A stretch of DNA of 64,000 nucleotides from contig VGFK01000001.1 of assembly GCA_016868895.1 (NCBI GenBank), forward strand, positions 23,006-87,005. Direction: 5' to 3'. Below are positions 45,327-56,218 of this stretch, piece by piece. Below the pieces are notes generated by a model. It was not told the DNA's origin. It saw nothing but the letters and a program-made list of their open reading frames with translations, and made no database searches. Position 1 is the first letter of the stretch. Every line of letters begins with the position of its first letter. Both the position numbers and the translations under genes were made by a program. Source of the DNA: Bacteroidota bacterium (lineage in GTDB: Bacteria > Bacteroidota > Bacteroidia > Chitinophagales > Chitinophagaceae).

Positions 45327-46749
45327 CCGGGGATAGTCCCAATTTCGCTGCTTCTTCAATCATGAGTGCATGAGCCGAATCATACGAGTTGTCAATCACA
45401 CCATCCAGAATCGCTTCTCGGATAGCAGTCTTTATCAATCCGACTTCTCTGCATGGCAATAAATTGAACGTACGCATGATGATCTCGCCGGTGATGGGCG
45501 GTTGCCAGTTTCGGATTTTATCTTTTTCTTCAACCGCTTTGAGTCGCTCCCGCACCATTTCAAAATTGGCACGGTAACGCCTTAATTTCGATTCATTTTT
45601 TGAAGTGATATCGGCTTCGCAGAGCGTCATCAGGTCCTCCAAATCTTCTCCGGCATCGAAGAGGAGTCGGCGGATTGCAGAGTCCGTGATATTTTCTTTG
45701 GTTAGGCTGATCGGACGCAGGTGCAATTCCACCAGCTTGCGGACATACCGCATGGGTTCGTTCAGCGGGAGCTTCCATTTGGTGAAGATCTTGGGGACCA
45801 TGCGACCGCCAATGACTTCATGTCCGTGAAACGTCCATCCTGTTCCCTTCTCAAATTTTTTTGTCGCCGGTTTTGCTATATCGTGCAACAACGCCGCCCA
45901 ACGCAACCAGAGGTTATTGGTGAACGGTGCAATGTTATCGACCACCTGAAGGGTATGGTAAAAATTATCCTTGTGCCCTTTTCCGTCCACATATTCAGCT
46001 CCTGCCAGTTCAATCAGCTGAGGAAAAATTTCCTTGAGCAGTCCCGTTTTATACAACAGATCCAATCCAATGGAAGGTTTGTCCGACAGCAGTATTTTAT
46101 TGAACTCATCGCTGATGCGTTCCTGGCTGATGATGGCGATGCGGTGCGCGGTATCGGTGATGCCCAACAGGGTTGCAGAGTGAATGGTAAAATTCAACTG
46201 CGATGCAAACCGAATGGCCCGCAGCATGCGCAAGGGATCATCGCTGAATGTGGCGTTTGGCGACAGCGGCGTACGGATGATGCGCTGTTCCAAATCCTTC
46301 AATCCATTGAAGGGATCTATCACCGAAGGGTGTTCATCGCGTGAACTTTTGGCATGCAATTCAAATGCAAGCGCATTGATGGTGAAATCACGACGCTCCT
46401 GATCATCTTGCAAGGAACCCGCTTCCACAACAGGATTACGGGAATCCCGCTGATAGCTCTCTTTGCGGGCACCCACAAATTCTACATCAAAGCCATCCGC
46501 AAAAAAATGAGCCGTGCCAAAATTTTTGAACCAGGAAACTTTTGGGGAAGGATGAAACCGAGCGGCACAGGCATTGGCCAATTCAATGGCATCACCCAAA
46601 CAGACAATATCAATATCATTGCACGAGCGACCCAGCAACTTATCGCGCACAAATCCACCTACCACAAACGAACGCAGGTTCGATTGCGTCGATGCATCAG
46701 CAATTTTGCCGATGAGCGACAATTCCTGTGGATTCAACTGGAGTTGCAT
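45313..46749 (-). CDS. cca: CCA-adding tRNA nucleotidyltransferase with HD domain
   Basis: VGGFVRD, DIDIV, RRDFTINA, DDPLRMLRA, LLHDIAKP. Confidence 0.92.
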   Translation of the reverse strand: MQLQLNPQELSLIGKIADASTQSNLRSFVVGGFVRDKLLGRSCNDIDIVCLGDAIELANACAARFHPSPKVSWFKNFGTAHFFADGFDVEFVGARKESYQRDSRNPVVEAGSLQDDQERRDFTINALAFELHAKSSRDEHPSVIDPFNGLKDLEQRIIRTPLSPNATFSDDPLRMLRAIRFASQLNFTIHSATLLGITDTAHRIAIISQERISDEFNKILLSDKPSIGLDLLYKTGLLKEIFPQLIELAGAEYVDGKGHKDNFYHTLQVVDNIAPFTNNLWLRWAALLHDIAKPATKKFEKGTGWTFHGHEVIGGRMVPKIFTKWKLPLNEPMRYVRKLVELHLRPISLTKENITDSAIRRLLFDAGEDLEDLMTLCEADITSKNESKLRRYRANFEMVRERLKAVEEKDKIRNWQPPITGEIIMRTFNLLPCREVGLIKTAIREAILDGVIDNSYDSAHALMIEEAAKLGLSPVTPS

Positions 46750-46751
46750 GG

Positions 46752-47564
46752 TTATACCGATACGTTAAAATCGCGCAAGGCATCGTTGAGACTGGTCTTC
46801 AAATCCGTACTGGGTTTGCGCTGACCAATGATCAGTGCACATCCTACCTGATACGTACCCGCGGGAAATGCTTTGGCATAGGATCCTGGAATCACCACGG
46901 ACCGAGCGGGCACACGTCCTTTGTATTCCACCGGTTCTGCACCGCTGACGTCAATGATTTTGGTTGATTTGGTGAGCACCACATTTGCACCCAACACGGC
47001 CTCCTTTTCTACGATGACTCCTTCGACCACAATGCAGCGACTGCCAATGAAGCATCCATCTTCGATGATCACCGGCGAAGCTTGCAAGGGTTCGAGTACA
47101 CCGCCGATACCGACGCCGCCACTGAGGTGCACTCCTTTGCCGATTTGTGCGCAGCTTCCTACGGTTGCCCAGGTATCGACCATTGTGCCCTCATCCACAT
47201 AGGCACCGATGTTTACATACGAAGGCATCAGCACCACATTTTTTGCCAGGTAAGCGCCGTAGCGGGCAACGGCATGGGGCACGGCGCGAACGCCGAGGGA
47301 TTTATAATCTTTTTTCAGCAGCATTTTATCATAGAACTCAAACGGAGCCAGTTCCCAGGTTTGCATTTGCTGAATACCAAAATACATGAGGATGGCTTGT
47401 TTCACCCACTCGTTTACGATCCACTCCTCTCCTTCTTTGTGTGCAATGCGCAAGCGACCCTTATCTACTTCTTCAATGACCTGTCGAACGGCATCCGCGT
47501 ATCCGTTTTCTTTTAAGCGTTCACGGTTCTCCCATGCTGCAGCGATTTGTTCCCTCAATTGCAT
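46752..47564 (-). CDS. dapD: Tetrahydrodipicolinate N-succinyltransferase
   Basis: WIVNEWVKQAIL, MPSYVNIGAYVDEGTMVDTWATVGSCAQIG, GGVLEPLQA. Confidence 0.96.
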   Translation of the reverse strand: MQLREQIAAAWENRERLKENGYADAVRQVIEEVDKGRLRIAHKEGEEWIVNEWVKQAILMYFGIQQMQTWELAPFEFYDKMLLKKDYKSLGVRAVPHAVARYGAYLAKNVVLMPSYVNIGAYVDEGTMVDTWATVGSCAQIGKGVHLSGGVGIGGVLEPLQASPVIIEDGCFIGSRCIVVEGVIVEKEAVLGANVVLTKSTKIIDVSGAEPVEYKGRVPARSVVIPGSYAKAFPAGTYQVGCALIIGQRKPSTDLKTSLNDALRDFNVSV

Positions 47565-47578
47565 ATCTTCAATTTGCG

Positions 47579-47586
47579 CAAATATA
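47579..47586 (-). promoter_or_regulatory. -7 element (TATATTTG) for dapD-cca
   Basis: Matches TAnnTTTG, 14 nt upstream of the ATG. Confidence 0.5.
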
Positions 47587-47591
47587 CAACC

Positions 47592-48641
47592 ATGGTCCCC
47601 ATTTCAACCTGCGTAGTCAGTTACGGTATTTCATCCAAGACCTTTCACTTGCCCTTTCTCACCACGCAGTCGGGCTATAGCCTAGACATGATTCTGGAGC
47701 GCAGCGGCAGCACTGCACTCGAAAAATTTCCCTCCATTAAGCTGGCACATGCGTTTGAAGATGTGTTGAGCGACGCATCGATTGAATTGGTGGTCATTAC
47801 CAGTCCCAACACCACCCACTTTACGTATGCTAAATCTGCGCTGCTGGCCGGAAAGCACGTGGTCGTGGAGAAGCCATTTACCACCACGCATGCTGAAGCA
47901 CTGGAGCTGGTAGCTCTTGCCGAGCAAACCGGAAAAATCTGTTCAGTGTTTCACAATCGCCGCTACGTAGCCGATTTTCTCACGATGAAGCAGGTCATTG
48001 AAACAGGATTACTCGGCGAGGTAAAAGAATTTTTTGCACACTATGATCGGTTTCGACCCGATCCTCGCACCTATGGTGTTTGGCGCGAACACGAATTGCC
48101 CGGAAGCGGAGTGTTTTTTGATTTGGGTCCCCACTTGATCGATCAGGCACTTGTGCTGTTTGGAATGCCTTCTGCCATTACTGCCGACATTCGGAGGATG
48201 AAAGACTACTCCAAAGTGGATGATTATTTTGACGTGCGTCTCCACTATGATTCGCTCATCGTGACCCTGCATTCCAGCATGTTGGTGCGGGAGATGGGAC
48301 CGCGGTACATGATCCATGGCACCAAAGGATCGTTCATCAAGCATGGGGAAGATCCGCAGGAAGAATTATTGAAAGCAGGACATCTTCCTGTCGGTCCCGA
48401 TTGGGGAAAAGAGGATCCTCAGTCGTATGGCTTGTTGCACACCGAGATCAACGGAGAGTTGGTCAGGCAGATCTATCCATCGGTGCAGGGTGGTTTTGGC
48501 AAGTACTACGAACATCTTCATGCCAGTATTCGCAACGGGGCACCCTTGCAGGAGACACCCGAACACGGTCGACGTGTCATTCAACTGATTGAATGTGCAT
48601 TCGAAAGCAGTCGACAGCGCCGCACTATAGATATTGGTTGA
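47592..48641 (+). CDS. Gfo/Idh/MocA oxidoreductase (YdgJ/IolW-like)
   Basis: [33 protein letters not shown]. Confidence 0.9.
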   Translation: MVPISTCVVSYGISSKTFHLPFLTTQSGYSLDMILERSGSTALEKFPSIKLAHAFEDVLSDASIELVVITSPNTTHFTYAKSALLAGKHVVVEKPFTTTHAEALELVALAEQTGKICSVFHNRRYVADFLTMKQVIETGLLGEVKEFFAHYDRFRPDPRTYGVWREHELPGSGVFFDLGPHLIDQALVLFGMPSAITADIRRMKDYSKVDDYFDVRLHYDSLIVTLHSSMLVREMGPRYMIHGTKGSFIKHGEDPQEELLKAGHLPVGPDWGKEDPQSYGLLHTEINGELVRQIYPSVQGGFGKYYEHLHASIRNGAPLQETPEHGRRVIQLIECAFESSRQRRTIDIG

Positions 48642-49953
48642 TGATGTTTTCCAGCCATTCTTGACGACCGCTAATTTGCCTGGGTTCTCCACTTTTGAAC
48701 GCGTAGTCGCGCAGGTCTTCCAGCGTCAGTTTTCCATCTTCAAATTGTTTTCCTGCTCCGCTGTCGAATGACGCATAGCGTTCTTTTCGGAACCAAGTAT
48801 ACGGTGATTCTTTTAGGATACGATCGGCCGTCACAAGCGCTCGTGCAAAAGCATCCATTCCTCCGATGTGGGCATAGAAGAGGTCTTCACCATCGGTAGA
48901 ATTGCGCCGTGTTTTGGCATCAAAGTTTACTCCGCCGCCTGCAAAACCTTTTGCTTCCAGGATGATGAGCATCGATTCCACCAGTTCGTTGAGGTGCGTG
49001 GGAAATTGATCGGTATCCCATCCGTTTTGTGCATCTCCGCGGTTGGCATCGATGCTGCCCAGCATGCCTGCATCGGCTGCGGTTTGCAATTCATGCTGGA
49101 AGGTATGTCCCGCCAGCGTTGCATGATTGACTTCGATGTTGAGTTTAAAATCCTTGTCAAGTCCGTGCTGCCTCAAAAACCCAATTACCGTCGCCGCATC
49201 ATAATCATACTGGTGCTTGGTGGGTTCGCAGGGCTTGGGTTCAATGAAGAAAGTTCCCTTGAATCCTTTTTTGTGCGCATAATCTTTTGCCATGTGCAGA
49301 AAGCGCGCCAGGTGATCCTGTTCGCGTTTCATGTTGGTGTTGAGCAGCGACATGTAGCCTTCTCTTCCGCCCCAGAACACATAATTCTCTCCACCCAATT
49401 GGATGGTGGCATCCAGTGCATTTTTCACTTGTGTCGCCGCATGGGCCACCACGTTGAAGTCGGGATTGGTACTGGCTCCGTTCATGTAGCGGGGATTGGA
49501 GAACACATTGGCCGTGCCCCACAATAGTTTCACACCGCTTGCTTTTTGTTTCATGCCGGCGTAGTCGACAATCGCCGCAAGGTTGCTTTCGTACGCAGCA
49601 AGGCTGTTGCCTTCGTCGACCAGATCCACGTCGTGAAAACAATAATACGGAACACCCAGTTTGGTAATGAATTCAAACGCGGCATCCATTTTATCCTTTG
49701 CGCGATCCAGGGCACTGGCGGAAGATTCCCATGGCAGGAATTTTGTTCCGGGACCAAACGGGTCGGCGCCGGTATTGCAGAAGCTGTGCCAATAGGCAAT
49801 GGCGAAACGAAAATGTTCTTTCATCGTCTTTCCCGCAACCAGCTGGTCTTCGTTGTACCATTTAAAAGCCAGTGGATTGTCGGATGCATTCCCTTCGAAT
49901 GGAATCTTACCAATGCCTGGGAAGAATTCTTTGTTGCCGAGTGTGAGGGACAT
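48625..49953 (-). CDS. xylA: Xylose isomerase (class II)
   Basis: [46 protein letters not shown]. Confidence 0.98.
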   Translation of the reverse strand: MSLTLGNKEFFPGIGKIPFEGNASDNPLAFKWYNEDQLVAGKTMKEHFRFAIAYWHSFCNTGADPFGPGTKFLPWESSASALDRAKDKMDAAFEFITKLGVPYYCFHDVDLVDEGNSLAAYESNLAAIVDYAGMKQKASGVKLLWGTANVFSNPRYMNGASTNPDFNVVAHAATQVKNALDATIQLGGENYVFWGGREGYMSLLNTNMKREQDHLARFLHMAKDYAHKKGFKGTFFIEPKPCEPTKHQYDYDAATVIGFLRQHGLDKDFKLNIEVNHATLAGHTFQHELQTAADAGMLGSIDANRGDAQNGWDTDQFPTHLNELVESMLIILEAKGFAGGGVNFDAKTRRNSTDGEDLFYAHIGGMDAFARALVTADRILKESPYTWFRKERYASFDSGAGKQFEDGKLTLEDLRDYAFKSGEPRQISGRQEWLENIINQYL

Positions 49954-49962
49954 AATGTGAGT

Positions 49963-50002
49963 GTTGTAGGTTGTACGTTGTAGGTTGTACGTTGTATGTT
50001 AT
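49963..50002. repeat. Heptamer array, 5 units (GTTGTAG GTTGTAC GTTGTAG GTTGTAC GTTGTAT) plus GTTAT
   Basis: Between the xylB stop (49999-50001) and the xylA start. Confidence 0.9.
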
Positions 50003-51489
50003 GGGTGATGACCCTTGTTTAGAAGGGTGCGCCAATTGAAATACGCTTCCCGGTAGCGGGATTGAAGGTGCGGGTCCGGTTCGAAACACGCAATGCCTTG
50101 CAACCCGTTGAAAGTCTCGGTTCTGTTGGCGAAGACCATAGCGCCCGCGCCTGCGGCGCGGGCAGCACCTTGGGCTCCGTCGGTATTGAATAATTCTACA
50201 CAGGCGCCCGTGGTATTGACAAACGCTTCCGTGAAGACTTCACTCAGGAACATGTTGGCCTTTCCCGCGCGGACCGTTGACACACTCAATCCCATCTCCA
50301 TCATGATTTCTATCCCATAGAACAACGAGAACACAATTCCCTCCTGTGCTGCACGCGCCAGATGGGAACGGTTGTGCCGATTGAAATGGAGTCCGCGGAT
50401 GGTCGACCCGGGATCACTGTTCTCGAGCACCCGCTCGGCCCCGTTTCCGAACGGAAAGCAGAGGAGTCCCTCTGCCCCAATCGGCGACTTACTGGCCAGC
50501 TGATTGATCTCGGGATAGGACAATCCCGCAAATGCATTTTTCTGCAACCAGCTGTTGAGAATACCGGTGCCGTTGATGCAGAGCAGGACGCCATAGCGAG
50601 GATCCTGTGGCTGATGATTGACGTGAATAAATGTATTGACCCGAGAACGCTCATCATACGATGGGGTATCGATCACTCCGTAAACCACTCCGGAGGTACC
50701 GGCCGTTGCAGCGACCTCACCCGGCTCGAGCACATTGAGGGAATAGGCATTATTGGGTTGATCACCGGCGCGATAAGTGATCGGAATTTCCGGGGCAAGT
50801 CCCAACGCTTCTGCCGCGGCAGCAGTGAGTCGACCTTGTTCCCCAAATTGGGGAACGCTTGCGCAGATCAACGACTCATTGATGCCATAATAATCAAACA
50901 ACGCGTGCGCGATGCAATGCGATTGCACATCCCACATCACCCCTTCGGATAAACCGGACAAGGTGGTGCGCATTTCACCGGTAAGCCGATATGCGATGTA
51001 ATCACCCGGCAACATGACTTTGTGGATGCGCGCATACACATCCGGTTCATTGTCCTTGACCCATTTGAGCTTGGATGCCGTAAGGTTACCCGGCGAATTG
51101 AGGTAATGCGATAAGCAATGGTGTTGCCCCAAGGATTGAAAAGCGGTGCGACCCAAATCTACTGCACGGCCATCGCACCAAATGATGGCAGGGCGAACCG
51201 GCTCACCGTTTTTGTCGACTGCTACCAATCCATGCATCTGATAGGAAATTCCAATGGCTGCGACATCGTCTTTTTTACATGCGACTTCTTCCTTTAATTG
51301 GGCGACTGCAATGCAGAGTTCTTTCCACCAGGTTGAAGGATCCTGTTCCGCACATCCCTGTCGGGGCGATTCAATGATCATTTCCGTTGAGGGCGAATGA
51401 GCGGTAGCGACTGCTCGACCCGTTTCAATGTCCAACAACGCACATTTCACAGAAGATGATCCAATATCCAATCCCAACAAATACCTCAT
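49999..51489 (-). CDS. xylB: Xylulokinase (FGGY family)
   Basis: GLDIGSSSVK, QMHGLV, IIWCDGR, AGDQPNNA; adjacent to xylA. Confidence 0.93.
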   Translation of the reverse strand: MRYLLGLDIGSSSVKCALLDIETGRAVATAHSPSTEMIIESPRQGCAEQDPSTWWKELCIAVAQLKEEVACKKDDVAAIGISYQMHGLVAVDKNGEPVRPAIIWCDGRAVDLGRTAFQSLGQHHCLSHYLNSPGNLTASKLKWVKDNEPDVYARIHKVMLPGDYIAYRLTGEMRTTLSGLSEGVMWDVQSHCIAHALFDYYGINESLICASVPQFGEQGRLTAAAAEALGLAPEIPITYRAGDQPNNAYSLNVLEPGEVAATAGTSGVVYGVIDTPSYDERSRVNTFIHVNHQPQDPRYGVLLCINGTGILNSWLQKNAFAGLSYPEINQLASKSPIGAEGLLCFPFGNGAERVLENSDPGSTIRGLHFNRHNRSHLARAAQEGIVFSLFYGIEIMMEMGLSVSTVRAGKANMFLSEVFTEAFVNTTGACVELFNTDGAQGAARAAGAGAMVFANRTETFNGLQGIACFEPDPHLQSRYREAYFNWRTLLNKGHHP

Positions 51490-51493
51490 CCGA

Positions 51494-52618
51494 TCAACGT
51501 TGAATTGAAAAGCGATAAATGGTTTGTCCCTTCCACTGCTCCCGGGCTTTCAGCACCGCAGATGGAAAATTCGGTTGATTGGGAGCATCCGGAAACTGTT
51601 GCGTTTCCAGGCAGAACCCCGTACGGAACTGATACGCCGTTCCTCTTCCTTTTTCGGTTCCGTTCAAAAAATTTCCCGTGTAAAACTGAACGCCCGGCTG
51701 CGTGGTAAAAACTTCCATTTTGCGGCCCGAACGCGGTTCTACGACTTCGACAGCCGCTTCTTCATTCGATGCATTCAAAACAAAATTGTGATCGTATCCT
51801 TTACCGCGAAGGAGTTGTTCGTCGGGTTGTTGTATGTCGGTGCCGATGGATTTTGCGTTCATGAAATCAAACGGTGTACCCTTTACATCGCGCAGCTCCC
51901 CTGAGGGAATCAGTGAGCTATCGACCGGCGTAAACTGCTTAGCCCGCATCTTGACTACATGATCCAAAATCTGTTTCGATGGATCACCACTCAAATTGAA
52001 ATAGGCATGATTGGTGAGGTTCACCACGGTTGTTTTATCGGTTGTTGCGGTATAATCGATCACGAGGCTGTTATCGATGCGCAGGGAATAGAGCACCGTG
52101 ACGTTCATTTTTCCGGGATAACCGTTCGCCCCGTCGGGTATCTCGATGGTGAAACGAACAGCATCATTCATTTTTCGTGCCTTCCAAACCTGCTTATCGA
52201 TGCTGTTGATGCCGCCGTGCAGGGCATTGTCGCCATCATTTTTAGGAACAGTGTATTCCTGACCATCGAGGGTAAACTGCGCACCCCCGATGCGGTTGGC
52301 AAAGCGTCCCACCACGCATCCGAAATAAGATTTCCCCGCACGCAGATTCGTGAGGTTGTCATAGGACAAGGTAACATCTTCGATTTTTCCGTTTTTATCC
52401 GGTGTGCGGATTGCAACGATTGTCGCACCGTAATTGCTCAATTCCACTTCCATTCCGTTTTCATTGCGCAGGAGGAAGAGGTCGACTGATTTGCCATCGA
52501 TGGTATCGGAAAATGCGTGCATGCGTTCTGGTTCTGGTGAAGGATGAAGTTCCGGTTCAACCACACAAGCCGCAAACGCTGTTATCAACAAGGGAAAGAA
52601 AAAAAACAGCGGTTTCAT
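51494..52618 (-). CDS. galM: Aldose 1-epimerase (mutarotase), predicted lipoprotein
   Basis: Lipobox FAAC, GRFANRI, LHGG, NLTNHAYFNL, GYDHNF, FCLETQ. Confidence 0.95.
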   Translation of the reverse strand: MKPLFFFFPLLITAFAACVVEPELHPSPEPERMHAFSDTIDGKSVDLFLLRNENGMEVELSNYGATIVAIRTPDKNGKIEDVTLSYDNLTNLRAGKSYFGCVVGRFANRIGGAQFTLDGQEYTVPKNDGDNALHGGINSIDKQVWKARKMNDAVRFTIEIPDGANGYPGKMNVTVLYSLRIDNSLVIDYTATTDKTTVVNLTNHAYFNLSGDPSKQILDHVVKMRAKQFTPVDSSLIPSGELRDVKGTPFDFMNAKSIGTDIQQPDEQLLRGKGYDHNFVLNASNEEAAVEVVEPRSGRKMEVFTTQPGVQFYTGNFLNGTEKGRGTAYQFRTGFCLETQQFPDAPNQPNFPSAVLKAREQWKGQTIYRFSIQR

Positions 52619-52627
52619 GCGGTTGGT

Positions 52628-53785
52628 TTAAATCGCACAGGCACCATCGCCTGTATGTGCAATATATGATTTTGGCAGGATTCCATACTTTGATTGATAG
52701 ACCGTATTCACTGTTTCGAGCAGGTGATCCACGTGGGATTGTTCAACGATGTTGATGGTGCATCCGCCAAAGCCTCCGCCCATCATGCGCGCGCCCATCA
52801 CACCGTTTATGGGTTGCACCGTTTCAACTAAAACGTCGAGCTCCGGGCAACTCACGGAATAGTCGTTGCGAAGGCTCTGATGTGAAGCATACATCAATTG
52901 TCCCGCTGATTTCCAGTCGGCATGCCTCACCAACCGCTTCAGATCCAACACACGTTGGTTTTCTCCCACAACATGCCGGGCACGCGCGAACAGAATGGGG
53001 TCAAGGACCGGGCGTTGCGTTTTCAGAAGGGGTAAAGTCAGGTCGCGAAGCGAAACAAGCGAATGACCGAGGCGATTGAAATGTTCCACCACGGCCTCGC
53101 ATTCTTGTCGCCTGACATTGTATTCCGACGAAGCCAATTCGTGTTTGATGCCCGTATCCAGCAACAGGATGACATACTGCTGCATGTTCAAGGGAACATA
53201 GTGGAAGTCAAGCGAGCGACAATCCAGCAGCAGGGCCTGATCTTTTTTTGCGTGGATGCTGGCAAACATATCCATGATTCCGCATTGGAGTCCCACGTAC
53301 TCATTCTCCGCCTGCTGTGCGATGCGGGTCAGCTCCATATTGGAAAAATGAAATTGAAACAGCTCATTGAACGCACAGGCAAACACCGATTCCAGCGCAG
53401 CAGAAGAAGAGAGTCCCGCCCCTATTGGAATGTCCGCAGTGAAAACAGCGTTGAAGTTGCCGACCGACTTCCCGCGATGGGCCATGGAATGAATGACGCC
53501 AAGGATGTAGGCGGCCCAGGGGGGGCAGGCATCCGGCAAAGCAGTCGCCTCAAATTCAAACGTTTCCCCCAGATCATGGGCGATCAGTGAGGATCGCGCC
53601 TCCTTCGTCGGCGCGATCCTCACCCTACAACACAAATCGATTCCCGCGGGCAATACATATCCCCCGTTATAATCCGTATGCTCACCAATCACGTTGATGC
53701 GACCGGGCGATTGAAACAGCCTCGGTTCACCGCCAAAGCGCTCTTGAAAAACTGTTCGTATAGAGGAAAATCCGGAATGGGTCAT
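52628..53785 (-). CDS. galK: Galactokinase
   Basis: PGRINVIGEHTDYN, PIGAGLSSSAA, CGIMD, GARMMGGGFGGC. Confidence 0.96.
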   Translation of the reverse strand: MTHSGFSSIRTVFQERFGGEPRLFQSPGRINVIGEHTDYNGGYVLPAGIDLCCRVRIAPTKEARSSLIAHDLGETFEFEATALPDACPPWAAYILGVIHSMAHRGKSVGNFNAVFTADIPIGAGLSSSAALESVFACAFNELFQFHFSNMELTRIAQQAENEYVGLQCGIMDMFASIHAKKDQALLLDCRSLDFHYVPLNMQQYVILLLDTGIKHELASSEYNVRRQECEAVVEHFNRLGHSLVSLRDLTLPLLKTQRPVLDPILFARARHVVGENQRVLDLKRLVRHADWKSAGQLMYASHQSLRNDYSVSCPELDVLVETVQPINGVMGARMMGGGFGGCTINIVEQSHVDHLLETVNTVYQSKYGILPKSYIAHTGDGACAI

Positions 53786-53974
53786 GCTGAATTAAAAATA
53801 CTGATTTGCCAATAAACAACTTGTTCACAAGGGTTTACCCTCGAATCGAACCTTCAGGCTCCGAATCTGTTACGAATTACGGAAAAAAGCCGCTCCAACA
53901 GGTCAGATCAACCGCTTTGGCTTTTTACAAAGGGGTAAAATGATGAAATTTGCGCTTCAAATCGAGGAGGGTAT

Positions 53975-55423
53975 ATGCCGGAGGAACATGAAGATATTTT
54001 AGAACAGGTTACGACCTCGGAATACAAGTACGGGTTCGTTACGGCCATCGAGGCCGATGAGGCCCCCAGGGGATTGTCGGAAGACACGGTTCGGTTCATT
54101 TCTGCAAAGAAAAATGAGCCGGAATGGCTATTGGAGCACCGGTTAAAATCCTTTCGTCAGTGGTTGAATATGGAAGAGCCTCAATGGCCCAATGTCACCT
54201 ACCCGAAAATTGATTTTCAGGACATCATCTATTATTCAGCCCCGAAACAGAAAATTGCTCCCAAAAGTCTGGATGAAATCGACCCTGAACTGAGAAAAAC
54301 ATTTGAGAAGCTGGGCATCTCGCTGGACGAACAAAAAAGAATTTCAGGAGTGGCGGTGGATGCGGTGATGGACAGCATTTCGGTGGCGACCACCTTCAAA
54401 GACGAATTGTCGAAAGTCGGCGTCATCTTCTGTTCCATGAGCGAAGCCGTTCAGGAGCATCCGGAACTAGTGAAAAAATATTTGGGATCGGTAGTGCCGG
54501 CAACCGACAACTATTTCTCTGCACTGAATGCAGCGGTCTTCAGCGATGGTTCATTTTGCTACATTCCAAAAGGAGTGCGATGCCCCATGGAATTATCGAC
54601 CTACTTCCGCATCAATGCCGCGAACACCGGACAGTTTGAGCGCACCCTCATCGTAGCCGAAGAAGGAAGTTACGTGAGCTATTTAGAAGGATGCACCGCT
54701 CCTCAGCGCGACGAAAACCAGTTGCACGCTGCGGTAGTGGAACTGGTGGCCATGGAGAAAGCAGAGATCAAATACTCAACCGTACAAAACTGGTATCCTG
54801 GTGATAAAGAAGGCAAAGGCGGTATTTATAATTTCGTGACCAAGCGCGGCATTTGTGCCGGTTCGCATGCAAAGATTTCCTGGACTCAAGTAGAAACAGG
54901 ATCCAGTGTCACCTGGAAATATCCTTCCGTGATTTTGAAAGGCGACTACAGCATTGGAGAATTTTATTCCGTTGCCGTCACCAATAATTATCAACAGGCT
55001 GATACCGGAACCAAGATGGTCCACTTGGGCAAAAACACCCGGAGCCGCATTGTATCTAAAGGCATCTCAGCTGGAAAAAGTCAGAATTCCTATCGAGGAT
55101 TAGTGAGCGTTTCAAAAAATGCAGATAATGCGCGCAACTTTTCACAGTGCGATTCCATGTTGCTGGGCGACAAATGCGGGGCACATACGTTTCCGTACAT
55201 CGAAGTGAAAAACAACACAGCGATTGTGGAGCACGAAGCCACCACATCCAAGATCGGCGAAGACCAGATTTTCTATTGCAACCAACGGGGCATGGATACT
55301 GAAACGGCAGTCGCACTGATCATCAACGGATTTGCAAAAGAAGTCATGAACCAGCTCCCCATGGAGTTTGCCGTAGAGGCACAAAAACTCCTGGCCATTA
55401 GTTTGGAGGGAAGCGTAGGATAA
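53975..55423 (+). CDS. sufB: Fe-S cluster assembly scaffold SufB
   Basis: [40 protein letters not shown]. Confidence 0.98.
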   Translation: MPEEHEDILEQVTTSEYKYGFVTAIEADEAPRGLSEDTVRFISAKKNEPEWLLEHRLKSFRQWLNMEEPQWPNVTYPKIDFQDIIYYSAPKQKIAPKSLDEIDPELRKTFEKLGISLDEQKRISGVAVDAVMDSISVATTFKDELSKVGVIFCSMSEAVQEHPELVKKYLGSVVPATDNYFSALNAAVFSDGSFCYIPKGVRCPMELSTYFRINAANTGQFERTLIVAEEGSYVSYLEGCTAPQRDENQLHAAVVELVAMEKAEIKYSTVQNWYPGDKEGKGGIYNFVTKRGICAGSHAKISWTQVETGSSVTWKYPSVILKGDYSIGEFYSVAVTNNYQQADTGTKMVHLGKNTRSRIVSKGISAGKSQNSYRGLVSVSKNADNARNFSQCDSMLLGDKCGAHTFPYIEVKNNTAIVEHEATTSKIGEDQIFYCNQRGMDTETAVALIINGFAKEVMNQLPMEFAVEAQKLLAISLEGSVG

Positions 55424-55450
55424 CAACAAATACAGTATCAATAGCACATT

Positions 55451-56212
55451 ATGCTCAAGATTGAAAACTTACAGGCACGGATAGAAGAGAAAGAAATTTT
55501 AAAGGGAATCAACTTGGACATCAAGCCAGGTGAGGTACATGCGATCATGGGTCCCAACGGCTCCGGTAAAAGCACACTGGCTTCTGTACTGGCTGGCCGC
55601 GAAGCGTATGAAGTAACTGGCGGATCGGCTGATTTCCTTGGAAAAGATTTATTGGAAATGGCTCCTGAGGACCGGGCCAAGGAAGGGTTGTTTCTGGCAT
55701 TTCAGTATCCGGTTGAAATACCCGGAGTCAGCACCACAAATTTCATCAAGACAGCCGTAAATGAAAAACGCAAGTACCAAGGATTGGAACCCTTGGATGC
55801 TGCGCAGTTTTTAAAAACGATGAAAGAGAAAATGCAATTGGTTCAAATCAACCAGTCGCTTCTCTCCCGCTCGCTGAACGAAGGATTTTCCGGTGGCGAG
55901 AAAAAAAGAAATGAAATCTTTCAAATGGCCATGCTCGAACCCAAGTTGGCGATCTTGGATGAAACCGATTCTGGATTGGATATCGATGCGCTGCGCATCG
56001 TGGCCAATGGCGTGAACCAGTTGCGGAGCAAGGACAATGCATTCCTGGTGGTCACGCACTACCAGCGTTTGCTGGATTACATCGTGCCCGATTTCGTGCA
56101 CGTATTGTACAACGGTAAGATTGTACGTTCCGGAACCAAAGAACTGGCACTGGAACTGGAAGAAAAAGGATATGATTTCATCAAGGCTGAACTGGAAGCC
56201 GCAACCGTTTAA
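55451..56212 (+). CDS. sufC: Fe-S assembly ATPase SufC
   Basis: GPNGSGKST, FQYPVEIPGV, FSGGEKKRNE, DETDSGLDID. Confidence 0.98.
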   Translation: MLKIENLQARIEEKEILKGINLDIKPGEVHAIMGPNGSGKSTLASVLAGREAYEVTGGSADFLGKDLLEMAPEDRAKEGLFLAFQYPVEIPGVSTTNFIKTAVNEKRKYQGLEPLDAAQFLKTMKEKMQLVQINQSLLSRSLNEGFSGGEKKRNEIFQMAMLEPKLAILDETDSGLDIDALRIVANGVNQLRSKDNAFLVVTHYQRLLDYIVPDFVHVLYNGKIVRSGTKELALELEEKGYDFIKAELEAATV

Positions 56213-56218
56213 TTGATC

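Noticed and set aside
47583-47590. Single ATACAAC units (also near 8621 and 43610)
   Set aside because: Isolated 7-mers are expected by chance and are not counted as arrays.
53883-53926. AAAAAGCC-N27-GGCTTTTT inverted repeat upstream of sufB as a riboswitch or operator
   Set aside because: Short A/T-rich arms, long loop and no resemblance to a riboswitch I recognise; too weak to call.
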